DNA of 45,044 nucleotides from Candidatus Methanovirga basalitermitum (GTDB lineage Archaea > Methanobacteriota > Methanobacteria > Methanobacteriales > Methanobacteriaceae): assembly GCA_031284445.1 (NCBI GenBank), contig JAISZW010000091.1, positions 1 through 45,044 on the forward strand. Reading direction: 5' to 3'. The position numbers and the translations under genes were made by a program. How positions within the stretch are numbered: the stretch's first letter is position 1; each line of letters starts with the position of its first letter. Below the pieces are notes generated by a model. That model saw only the letters and a program-made list of their open reading frames with translations. It made no database searches and had not been told where the DNA came from. Positions 11,301-17,439 of this stretch are shown here, in pieces.

Positions 11301-11985
11301 CAGCAGCATACCAGGTAAAACAGCAGCAGTACGAACAGCATGGACACGTATACGAGAATTAGCAGATGCGATCACAGGAGGAGGGCTCAGCTGGGTTATA
11401 AGCTCATTAACAGGAGCATCATCACTATCACTAGCAGCAAACACCGCAGCTATAGGAGTACGAGGAGTGCAAACAGCAGTTAACATCGCGAGCTCAGCAG
11501 GAGACATAGCCATCAACCGACTAAACCAAATAGCAGACTTCCTACAAAGCGTTAAAGACGCAGAAGACGCAGCCAAAAAAATAGTAGGAGGATTCATAGA
11601 CTGGTTTAAAAAACCATGGGAAATAATCACCAACGACGAAAATAAAGAAAAAATGACATCACTTCCAAGTGGTATGATGAACGTTGGTGTCACACCATAC
11701 CTAACAGGCGGACTATCAGATATTTTATCTGATTTAAACCAACCCATAAAAAACAGTAGACGGAATGAAAACATTCTAAGTAATATTTTATCAGCTGTTA
11801 GCGGTAAACGAAAAATAGATTTAAATCATAATGTATCATTCCAATTAGATATTACTGCTGATGGTAATACTAGTAGTTATATTGATGGTAAAGAAGATTT
11901 CAAGAAGATACTACGAGAAGCATTAGATACAAGGGATATTCAGCAAGGACTAACCGAAGCAATCACACGAAACATGAAAATCTAA
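8356..11985 (+). CDS. Tail tape measure protein
   Basis: A 1209-aa ORF. The N-terminus is an acidic Ser/Asp/Glu coiled coil, followed by a TP901-type core-like segment (LRSAATSMELYGASTEQVEKILPNLG). The middle holds long Gly/Ala/Ile/Leu hydrophobic stretches and the C-terminal half is Ala/Ser-rich. Confidence 0.8.
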   Translation: MAGTDISIGFTGEDQVTSIIESVTSALEKLSDVASSIGSNMSSLEDSLTESANGFNKINDDVEETSKSFTDMESSIDSLTDDLESVESVASELGDSFNSLDSDMSNVSNSFEDVNTSMESLVDSAEHVTINLDELNNYTNNISNDMNNISDSAASAGSALGDMASEIGLNTGQFGSMSNAAGGLFDSLSNLANGGTITTTALAAVGVSLAGLINYTGEVNDSWSRLEGITTSTGGSFDSLKNSISSVSQETATSVGSLRSAATSMELYGASTEQVEKILPNLGVGAFYAHKSVDQLGQTMSVLASRPTAMARSFTQLGTSLKQVAEANGMTEKEFQDAWKTMTVDQRLAAISKGLHTSEAEIKNWKNSWSYSLGEAQNAINKGMGAIKDVINLSGIIPALKSAGETIYNIINNYLIKPFASLTSKDPGLAKIAAQLAVGLAAIAGLAGIALTAKKVISTIKNVFGGLGSLGSSGGGNVGLPTPPTVDTKIVDKWKTLGADLRNMAAQFIKASVGIAMAMALITEAILLLAAPMAAFAAVGAVSSALGDKVEKGYQAVWDLQIALAKIAPLLAVIIGLGAIIGGVTSLSGGLGLVGIGAAMIGIAAFMTMVSEALLLMILPLTALASVGVMISGQLPNLETASVAITKLSETLPKVLTSLAMLTVINIGIDLLAISSVIGWIITGFGSLVVAGLDIALKNIQKLADAINNSNIPILDTSKVESIKQCVEVISNLKTIQDKITGGTIGSIIQGILQFLQIGEDPSTTLKPQLDNLRKIATVINTAEIPLVTDTISGSISAIGTVLNNVSSAYTSYSSAAASFSAAIAGSNVAGASWGSFKSGEAFNQTGGIGEQLTSMLTELSTIAAILQMKEGYDDLKNFSSDNIPISQINSIGSALTSISSAINSIPTIEVSDKLTSTAGAIRYTLSALDGVAGELVKGTATYAQLLLGYVAALVVAAGVNSVSSGLRAAQNAINNIPTVDSSSIPGKTAAVRTAWTRIRELADAITGGGLSWVISSLTGASSLSLAANTAAIGVRGVQTAVNIASSAGDIAINRLNQIADFLQSVKDAEDAAKKIVGGFIDWFKKPWEIITNDENKEKMTSLPSGMMNVGVTPYLTGGLSDILSDLNQPIKNSRRNENILSNILSAVSGKRKIDLNHNVSFQLDITADGNTSSYIDGKEDFKKILREALDTRDIQQGLTEAITRNMKI

Positions 11986-11995
11986 AAAAAGCAAA

Positions 11996-12019
11996 TATAT
12001 TTATATTTATATTTATATT
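11996..12019. repeat. Perfect (TATATT)x4 microsatellite between convergent genes
   Basis: Read directly: four exact hexamers ending at the stop of the minus-strand gene. Confidence 0.9.
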
Positions 12020-12352
12020 TCATGGGAAGAATATTTGTTTGAATAATAATCCTATTAAAATAACTAAAAATAATTCAATCCATTTATGATCCCTTTCAAT
12101 CTTAGACAATCTCACATCAATACTATGCAAATGATTCTCCTTAATATCCCGCATCTCATCTTCCAATTCATCAGTTTTCTTCTCAAAACTATCTTTAAGC
12201 ACTTTATTATCTTCATCTAATTTATCTATTTTCTTCTCAAACTCATTTTCAAAATGATCTATTTTATGATTTAGATCGTTTTTCATTTCTCTTTGATCTT
12301 CTTTAATATCATTTAACTTCTCAATGACTAATTCTTCATAAGTTAAAGTCAT
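12020..12352 (-). CDS. Tail-anchored coiled-coil membrane protein, XhlA-like (lysis-associated family?)
   Basis: Start chosen at the second ATG (12352) because GGGGGAG lies 9 nt upstream. A heptad-like acidic/basic coiled coil is followed by 'RLSKIERDHKWIELFLVILIGLL' and one C-terminal TM. This resembles the small XhlA-type proteins of Firmicutes prophage lysis cassettes, recalled from memory. Confidence 0.45.
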   Translation of the reverse strand: MTLTYEELVIEKLNDIKEDQREMKNDLNHKIDHFENEFEKKIDKLDEDNKVLKDSFEKKTDELEDEMRDIKENHLHSIDVRLSKIERDHKWIELFLVILIGLLFKQIFFP

Positions 12353-12378
12353 CTTTTTTTCTCCCCCCTCTCTCTTCA

Positions 12379-12449
12379 TTTATTTAGTTAATTATAAAAA
12401 ATGAATATATTATTAGTTTTGAATTGCTCTTTATTTAGTTAATTATAAA
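12379..12449. repeat. Two exact 20-bp direct repeats (TTTATTTAGTTAATTATAAA) at 12379-12398 and 12430-12449
   Basis: Read directly. They lie in the upstream region of the XhlA-like gene and contain TATA-like sequence. Confidence 0.85.
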
Positions 12450-12812
12450 TATTATTAAAATAAAAAATAAAAAACGGTAATCGTGAAAACTTAAATATAA
12501 ATTTTCCAGATGGGGAAGGGTCATAGGTACGGCAATACCTCGCCTTTTTCTCATTTGGACGGTTACCAAAAAAAGCCTACTCAGGAGAGAATAGTATCCC
12601 TTGTAACCATTATTTATTTATCTTGCTTTTCATATATAAAGCTTACCTTTTACCCTATTTTATGTTTAGGGTTAGCTTGGGCTATGAAAAGATTACCTAC
12701 TCCTTTTATTACTCTATTTTAAAACTATTTTTACACGATTTAAAAAATCCTTGATAGTTTGCTGTAAAACCTAAGGAGTAATACTAAAAATAAAAAAAAT
12801 AATAATAAGGAA

Positions 12813-13047
12813 ATGTTGAAAAATATGGATATAAAAAAAATAGCAAGAAAAATATACGAGAAAATATGATTTCAATGAAGAGGATGCTATGAAAATAGCT
12901 GATGCAATCTATAGTAGACTTGAATTAGTACAGAATGTATTAATCATAGAAGAATTAGGAAGTCGTTGTGGAAGAGATTCAGTTGAAGATATAGTTGATC
13001 GGATAACGTATCTTGATTTCACCAACATGCCCGAATTCAACAACTAA
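12813..13047 (+). pseudogene. Small phage gene broken by a +1 frameshift at the A4 run 12861-12864
   Basis: Frame 0 reads MLKNMDIKKIARKIYEK then TGA. Frame +1 continues YDFNEEDAMKIADAIYSRLELVQNVLIIEELGSRCGRDSVEDIVDRITYLDFTNMPEFNN*. The joined sequence resembles the domain at 13746-13889 (EIAKKIIEGLLYFGCDEEEIYDIL). Confidence 0.45.
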
Positions 13048-13250
13048 ATGGAGGATTTTAGAGAATGGTTTTCAGTAATCAGAGTATAAAACAACCCATT
13101 AAAAAGACTCTAAAAATGAAATATTGAAATTATTTAGAGAAAGTATTGCATGAACTCACAACCACACATAGATTATATGCTACTGACCTAAAAGAACCAA
13201 AACGAGAGCTAATGTTCATTGGACTTCACAGAAGTGATACATTGAATTAG
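13048..13250 (+). pseudogene. Heavily degraded small gene(s)
   Basis: Protein-like stretches occur in different frames: MEDFREWFSVIRV*, NEILKLFRESIA*, and MKY[TGA]NYLEKVLHELTTTHRLYATDLKEPKRELMFIGLHRSDTLN*. They are separated by stops. Confidence 0.3.
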
Positions 13251-13293
13251 AAGAAACCATTGGAAAAAAAATAAGATAAATGATATAGGAGAA

Positions 13294-13505
13294 ATGATGA
13301 ATATGACAAAAAAATAATGAAGAAGAAGAAGAGAAATACCCTCAAATAGCATTAAGAAGCGATAACACCTACAGTATCTACATAGAAAAAAGGTGTTGAA
13401 TTACGATTCGACTCTAAAGGGGCTATTGAGGAATACACTAAAAACAAAAATTTTAAAGTGACAGGCGAAAACAGGAACAATCCAGAGTATGTTAATCTAT
13501 CTTAA
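13294..13505 (+). pseudogene. Small phage gene broken by two +1 frameshifts, at A7 (13308-13314) and A6 (13386-13391)
   Basis: Removing one A from each run gives [69 protein letters not shown]. Confidence 0.45.
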
Positions 13506-13601
13506 TTTGGTTTTATGATCCCACTATTCACACAATGATCTATAAATTGGATCATTGTCACAAATAATGAAGAAAAGTAATAAGGATCAGGAGGAGATAG
13601 G

Positions 13602-13892
13602 ATGAGAAGTCAAACAGTAGAATTAATTGAAGCTTTAAATCACTATGGGGTTCCCTTAGACGATATAATGAGAATATTAAATGTTGAATGTGATTTGTTT
13701 CCTCATAGAGATGATGTTAAAGAACATATTTCGAGGATAGGATGAAAAGAAAATGATGAAATAGCAAAAAAGATAATAGAAGGTTTATTATACTTTGGAT
13801 GTGATGAAGAAGAAATATATGATATATTAGTAGTGTATTGTGATTATCATCAATCAGATAAGCTATTAAACGATATAATTCAAAAATCATGA
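13602..13892 (+). pseudogene. Two-domain small gene interrupted by an in-frame TGA (13743-13745)
   Basis: A strong SD (GGAGGAG, 13590-13596) precedes 47 codons, then TGA, then 48 more in-frame codons with no start codon of their own. The two halves are mutually similar (VELIEALNHYGVPLDDIMRILNVECD versus EIAKKIIEGLLYFGCDEEEIYDILVVYCD). Confidence 0.45.
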
Positions 13893-13964
13893 AAAATAAT
13901 GGGAAAAAAAAGGGGGGGATAGAAGAATTGAGAAAAGAAAAAAATCTTAAATTAGAGTTATTCT

Positions 13965-14396
13965 ATGAACAAGCAAAAAAAAGAATATGACAAAATAAAC
14001 GATGGCGATGATAGTATAAGTAGAAGATGCTCAAGCTTAATAGCTGTAAATGCAGGAATACTACCTATACTTGCTTTAACGATTAATACAAAAATACCAA
14101 CAGTATTATTATTAATCCCATTTAGCATTATACTTATTTCATTAGGATTGATTTTATATGTGTACAGAAAAGTTAAAATTGAAAATATAAACTCATATCA
14201 ACTCATCAAAAAATATTATGAAAAGGACTATAACGATGTACTTTTACAAGTTATAGGGAATATGACTGATGATATTAAAAACAACCGATTAATGGTAATG
14301 GAAAGAGAGGATAAACTAGATAAAGGATTATGGGTATTGTTCATGGGGATAATTTCTTTTATATTAAAATTTATTCTTAGTTATGTTTGGATTTAA
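13965..14396 (+). CDS. Small membrane protein with 3 predicted TM segments; candidate moron / superinfection-exclusion or abortive-infection effector
   Basis: A 143-aa ORF with two adjacent N-proximal hydrophobic helices, a polar ~55-aa segment and a C-terminal TM. The topology is reminiscent of stand-alone TM effector families (DUF5706/Pycsar-effector-like), a weak match from memory. There is no SD before the 13965 ATG (see findings). Confidence 0.5.
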   Translation: MNKQKKEYDKINDGDDSISRRCSSLIAVNAGILPILALTINTKIPTVLLLIPFSIILISLGLILYVYRKVKIENINSYQLIKKYYEKDYNDVLLQVIGNMTDDIKNNRLMVMEREDKLDKGLWVLFMGIISFILKFILSYVWI

Positions 14397-14545
14397 ATGT
14401 TATTTTCTTTTAAATCCATGTCTGGGTCTGGAGGAATTTTATGTGGTTTTTTCTTGCGGGGTTTAATCTTAGCATGTTTATACTCCTTATTATTATTATT
14501 AGTTGTCATAAATATACCACACCAAAGGAGTAAAAGTAGTATGAT

Positions 14546-14740
14546 TCATTCATCAACAGCCTTCTCAACCACCACCACAGGAACATTATCACGAAGAACA
14601 ACCTTCCACTTTATATAATCCCCAGCTTCTAATTTTAAAGAAGCTACAACCTCACGAGGCATATTAGCCCTGAGTGCCCGTCCTCCTGGACTTGTATTAT
14701 ATGTTTTATTCTTTATTTCAATAAAAATATTATCCTTCAT
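14546..14740 (-). CDS. AbrB/SpoVT/MazE-type DNA-binding protein; candidate lysogeny repressor
   Basis: 'RANMPREVVASLKLEAGDYIKWKV' fits the swapped-hairpin AbrB motif (v.iPkevreklgl.eGD.v...v). Start set at ATG 14740, which has GGGGAG 7 nt upstream; the ORF-track start at 14755 is a TTG. The gene is divergent from the early operon. Confidence 0.6.
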   Translation of the reverse strand: MKDNIFIEIKNKTYNTSPGGRALRANMPREVVASLKLEAGDYIKWKVVLRDNVPVVVVEKAVDE

Positions 14741-14755
14741 ATTGTATCTCCCCAA

Positions 14756-14939
14756 AAAAAAACTAATAAATGTTTTTGTTGTGATTTTTATTATTTATAA
14801 TATAAATACTTAAGTATTTTTTCAGTACAAAAATAAGGAACCTTTATATAGTAGAAAGTTCAAGTAGTAGTATAAGAGAAAAAATTGAGAACGGCAATTC
14901 TCAAAAATTTTCCTTAAAAAATCTTAGGAGAGAATAGAA
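14756..14939. promoter_or_regulatory. Divergent switch region between the repressor and the early operon
   Basis: It contains a perfect 16-bp palindrome AAATACTTAAGTATTT (14804-14819), a TATA-like TTTATATA (14843-14850) and the inverted repeat TTGAGAA-n6-TTCTCAA (14885-14904). Confidence 0.45.
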
Positions 14940-15230
14940 ATGAAGAAATTAAATAATAAAAGAAATTTAAATTCTGATTTTAAAATTGATGATCATAATG
15001 ATCTTCAAAAAGAAAAAGAAATAATCATCAACGATAAAATATATACTGTTGTTGATGTGCATAGACTCCTCCAAATCGAGGACAAATATAAAAAACTTAT
15101 CCTTAAAATTTATGATATATTCCATTTAGGGGAATTAGAAGACCCAGTAATGGAGAATATTATAAACGAGATCCAACCTGATCGTCCTATTCCTGCAAGC
15201 CAAATCTTCAACTTCGAAGAGGTGATCTAA
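14940..15230 (+). CDS. Early-operon protein, unknown function
   Basis: A 96-aa ORF with AGGAG 9 nt upstream, first gene after the switch region. Confidence 0.5.
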   Translation: MKKLNNKRNLNSDFKIDDHNDLQKEKEIIINDKIYTVVDVHRLLQIEDKYKKLILKIYDIFHLGELEDPVMENIINEIQPDRPIPASQIFNFEEVI

Positions 15231-15231
15231 A

Positions 15232-15423
15232 ATGATAGATCACATAGATTCTTTTCTTCGTTCTGATATATATATTTTAGCATCCGATGGTGAAATCCGT
15301 GATTCCAGTTATCTCCTTGATTATGAGTTAGCTGAGATTCTTGAATCATTATTCCCAGATGATTCTGCTGTTTTACGCAGAGATGAAAGTATAGCAGCAG
15401 CTGTAACGGAGGATGCTTTATGA
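15232..15423 (+). CDS. Small acidic early protein, unknown function
   Basis: A 63-aa ORF starting 1 nt after the previous stop. Its stop overlaps the next start (ATGA at 15420). Confidence 0.4.
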   Translation: MIDHIDSFLRSDIYILASDGEIRDSSYLLDYELAEILESLFPDDSAVLRRDESIAAAVTEDAL

Positions 15424-16130
15424 ACACCTCCACTAATCCTAATGTTCCTTTAATTGAACTACTTGAAGATCCCCAATCAGACAGAGATACTCATACAATA
15501 CCAAGAGTAATCCATATAAACAAAGAAGATTGGGAGAAAATCCTGAATCAAGAAAAAATTGTCAATTACAATACCATTTATGTTTGCGTTGAAGCTAGAG
15601 ATTGGGTAATGAGTCCAATTTCATTAGCATATTTGTTTAACTTACAGAGTAAGACCGTATATAATAAAATAAGTAAGTATTATGACAATATGGATAAATG
15701 GATGATAGAAAAGCGGAGTCTAAATATTAGACTTCGTAATTTAAGAGACGAAGTGAGAGTCTCTCGTGGAGTGAACCGTGAACTAACCTTCTTCATAGCT
15801 TACAACACCGATTCAAAAGTTTCAATGAATATACAAGAGTTTGCAAATCACATTATAGAAAATTACATCTACAAAAAAACAGATGAACTATCAGGCAAGC
15901 AAACAATCCTTAACTTACCACAAATGAAGTTAAAAGCACCCAACCTTAAAAAAGAAACATTACAACAAATACAAAATGAAGTTTTAAATTATAAGAAGGA
16001 TCTATATCCTAAAACAGGTAAGGCATGGACAACTAAAGAAGAATGGGAAGTTGTTACCATGCTGAAAGAAGATGTGGTCTTGGATGAGATAGCTAATTAT
16101 CTTGATCGGTCTGTAAAAAGCAGTAGTTGA
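15420..16130 (+). CDS. DNA-binding early protein with two HTH-like segments; the C-terminus appears frameshifted
   Basis: 'ISLAYLFNLQSKTVYNKISKY' and 'WTTKEEWEVVTMLKEDVVLDEIANYLDRSVK' look like HTH regions. Removing one A from the A5 run 16115-16119 continues the second as ...RSVKAVVERINKHKLKSLAEEQYTLFNYPKKEK* (stop at 16207-16209). Confidence 0.55.
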   Translation: MNTSTNPNVPLIELLEDPQSDRDTHTIPRVIHINKEDWEKILNQEKIVNYNTIYVCVEARDWVMSPISLAYLFNLQSKTVYNKISKYYDNMDKWMIEKRSLNIRLRNLRDEVRVSRGVNRELTFFIAYNTDSKVSMNIQEFANHIIENYIYKKTDELSGKQTILNLPQMKLKAPNLKKETLQQIQNEVLNYKKDLYPKTGKAWTTKEEWEVVTMLKEDVVLDEIANYLDRSVKSSS

Positions 16131-16239
16131 ACGAATTAACAAACATAAACTGAAAAGTTTAGCAGAAGAACAGTACACATTATTCAATTATCCTAAAAAA
16201 GAAAAATAATTTACATATATTTGAGAAAGGTGATACTTT

Positions 16240-16410
16240 ATGAGCACTCAATTCGAGATAAAATCACTCCAACACCAAAACAAGGAACTTCTAAAAGAGA
16301 ACATGAAGCAGAAAAGAAGAATCATGCACCTCGAAGAAGACATTGACATATTACAAGAAGAATTATACGAAGCAGAAATCCGTATAGGAGAATTAGAAGC
16401 GGAGGATTAG
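16240..16410 (+). CDS. Small coiled-coil protein (56 aa), below the ORF-track cutoff
   Basis: SD-like AGGTGA lies 6 nt upstream. MSTQFEIKSLQHQNKELLKENMKQKRRIMHLEEDIDILQEELYEAEIRIGELEAED has clear heptad character. Confidence 0.4.
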   Translation: MSTQFEIKSLQHQNKELLKENMKQKRRIMHLEEDIDILQEELYEAEIRIGELEAED

Positions 16411-16416
16411 TTTAGC

Positions 16417-16539
16417 ATGTTAAAACAATTACTAAAACCATTAATAGACTTTGAAAGAAGACAGAAGAATAATAAGAACCTAAAGAAAGGAGAACAATCT
16501 CCACTCTTCTTGTTCTTCCGAAACGAAAGGAGGCAATGA
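16417..16539 (+). CDS. Small basic protein (39 aa), translationally coupled to the next gene
   Basis: Its stop overlaps the ATG of the 16536 gene (ATGA). No function recognised. Confidence 0.3.
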   Translation: MLKQLLKPLIDFERRQKNNKNLKKGEQSPLFLFFRNERRQ

Positions 16540-17414
16540 AAAAAATGAATGAAATAATAACCCAAACTGAAAATAATACAATAACAACCACTAACGAGGA
16601 AAATACAATAGATAAGGGGAGAGTGGATGTAGAATACGCTATCCAACAATGGAAAGCATACCAAACACTCACACAACGTTTACTTGATGAATCTGACTAC
16701 CAAGACATAAAAGGTAAACGATTCAAGAAGAAATCGGCTTGGAGGAAACTCTGCAAAGCATTCAACCTCTCCACCACAATAATTGATCGTGAAATCATGA
16801 AAGATGATAAAGGAAGAGTGAATGAGGCAACATTCATCGTACGGGCTACTGAACCTAGTGGTCGTTATGTGGAAGCGTATGGTTCATGTAGTCGTCGTGA
16901 GCATCAATGGGGTAGACCGAATCATGATGTGCCATCAACAGCACAAACCAGAGCAACTAATCGTGCTATAAGTGACTTGATTGGTGCAGGGGAGGTTACA
17001 GCTGAAGAAATGAAGAGTAATAATGATTCATCTTCTTCTTCTTCTTCTTATACAACTTACACGACAAAAAGTAAAAACCCTAAACCAGTTGAAAATACAG
17101 AGAATGATATACCATCAAGCAGGGCAAATGATGATGAAAAGAAAGATGATACAAATACTACAAAGGCTGATCAAGGAAATATGAAACATGTTGATACTGA
17201 CCCTGATCCAATAGGTTTTGATGAGAATAGCATGAAGCTAATCCTCCAGGATAAAGTGTTGACTGAAGCATTAAACCGCCTTGAATCCAGATCAGATACT
17301 GTTGATAAGCGGAATATGGTGGAAGAAATAGTAGCATTACTTGGCGAAGAAGCAGTCACACCTGAAGAATGTGCTGAATCCAAAAAGATCATATTAGGGT
17401 TAAATTATGAATGA
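16536..17414 (+). CDS. Putative Rad52/Sak-like single-strand annealing protein
   Basis: 'NEATFIVRATEPSGRYVEAYGSCS' and 'AQTRATNRAISDLIGAGE' resemble the Rad52-fold beta-hairpin and A.TdA.KRA...fGnalG motifs. A poly-Ser linker and acidic C-terminal tail follow. It lies upstream of the ori and replicase genes. Confidence 0.4.
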   Translation: MKKMNEIITQTENNTITTTNEENTIDKGRVDVEYAIQQWKAYQTLTQRLLDESDYQDIKGKRFKKKSAWRKLCKAFNLSTTIIDREIMKDDKGRVNEATFIVRATEPSGRYVEAYGSCSRREHQWGRPNHDVPSTAQTRATNRAISDLIGAGEVTAEEMKSNNDSSSSSSSYTTYTTKSKNPKPVENTENDIPSSRANDDEKKDDTNTTKADQGNMKHVDTDPDPIGFDENSMKLILQDKVLTEALNRLESRSDTVDKRNMVEEIVALLGEEAVTPEECAESKKIILGLNYE

Positions 17415-17439
17415 CTGAAATCACGGGAAAAAAAATAAG

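Noticed and set aside
882-11774. Antisense ORFs inside the large provirus genes: 882-1211, 2380-2586, 3655-3939, 5070-5279, 5596-5778, 5969-6178, 6221-6526, 6835-7086, 7385-7651, 8349-8747, 8766-8951, 9222-9530, 9594-9932, 10014-10700 and 11265-11774.
   Set aside because: All lie opposite much longer, motif-bearing plus-strand ORFs and have low-complexity, Cys/Leu/Ser-rich translations. The strong A/C skew of the coding strand suppresses stops on the opposite strand. They are shadow ORFs.
12510-12722. A 70-aa plus-strand ORF in a locally GC-richer patch. I also considered an ncRNA or a tRNA fragment (att) here.
   Set aside because: There is no SD and the translation is implausible. I could find only short stems (AGGTA-CGGCAA-TACCT, GGTTAC...GTAACC), with no cloverleaf or T-arm-like GGTTCGAAT signature. 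There is not enough evidence for any call.
13116-13892. In-frame TGA codons read as Trp or selenocysteine (alternative genetic code in the virus).
   Set aside because: TGA clearly terminates the adjacent structural genes (4598-4600, 6733-6735, 7419-7421), with the next gene starting at or right after it. Other frames in the same region need frameshifts, not recoding. The lineage is not one known to me to use Sec. Nonsense mutation or read-through is the simpler explanation.
14397-14618. A 73-aa plus-strand ORF overlapping the AbrB gene.
   Set aside because: It is largely antisense to the better-supported AbrB-like CDS, has a low-complexity hydrophobic translation and has no SD. A 38-aa basic minus-strand micro-ORF (14393-14509) is more plausible but still unsupported.
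12526-14904. A shared ACGGCAAT core in two hairpin-like sites (12526-12541 and 14885-14904) as a common operator or RNA loop.
   Set aside because: My rough composition-based estimate puts the chance of an 8-mer recurring once in 2 x 45 kb at order 0.5. The stems differ and there is no third copy. This is probably coincidence.
15227-16676. Minus-strand ORFs 15227-15433, 16002-16187, 16407-16676 and 16412-16672, plus 17171-17392.
   Set aside because: They are antisense to the tightly coupled plus-strand early operon, with Cys/Phe/Leu-rich implausible translations and no SD.
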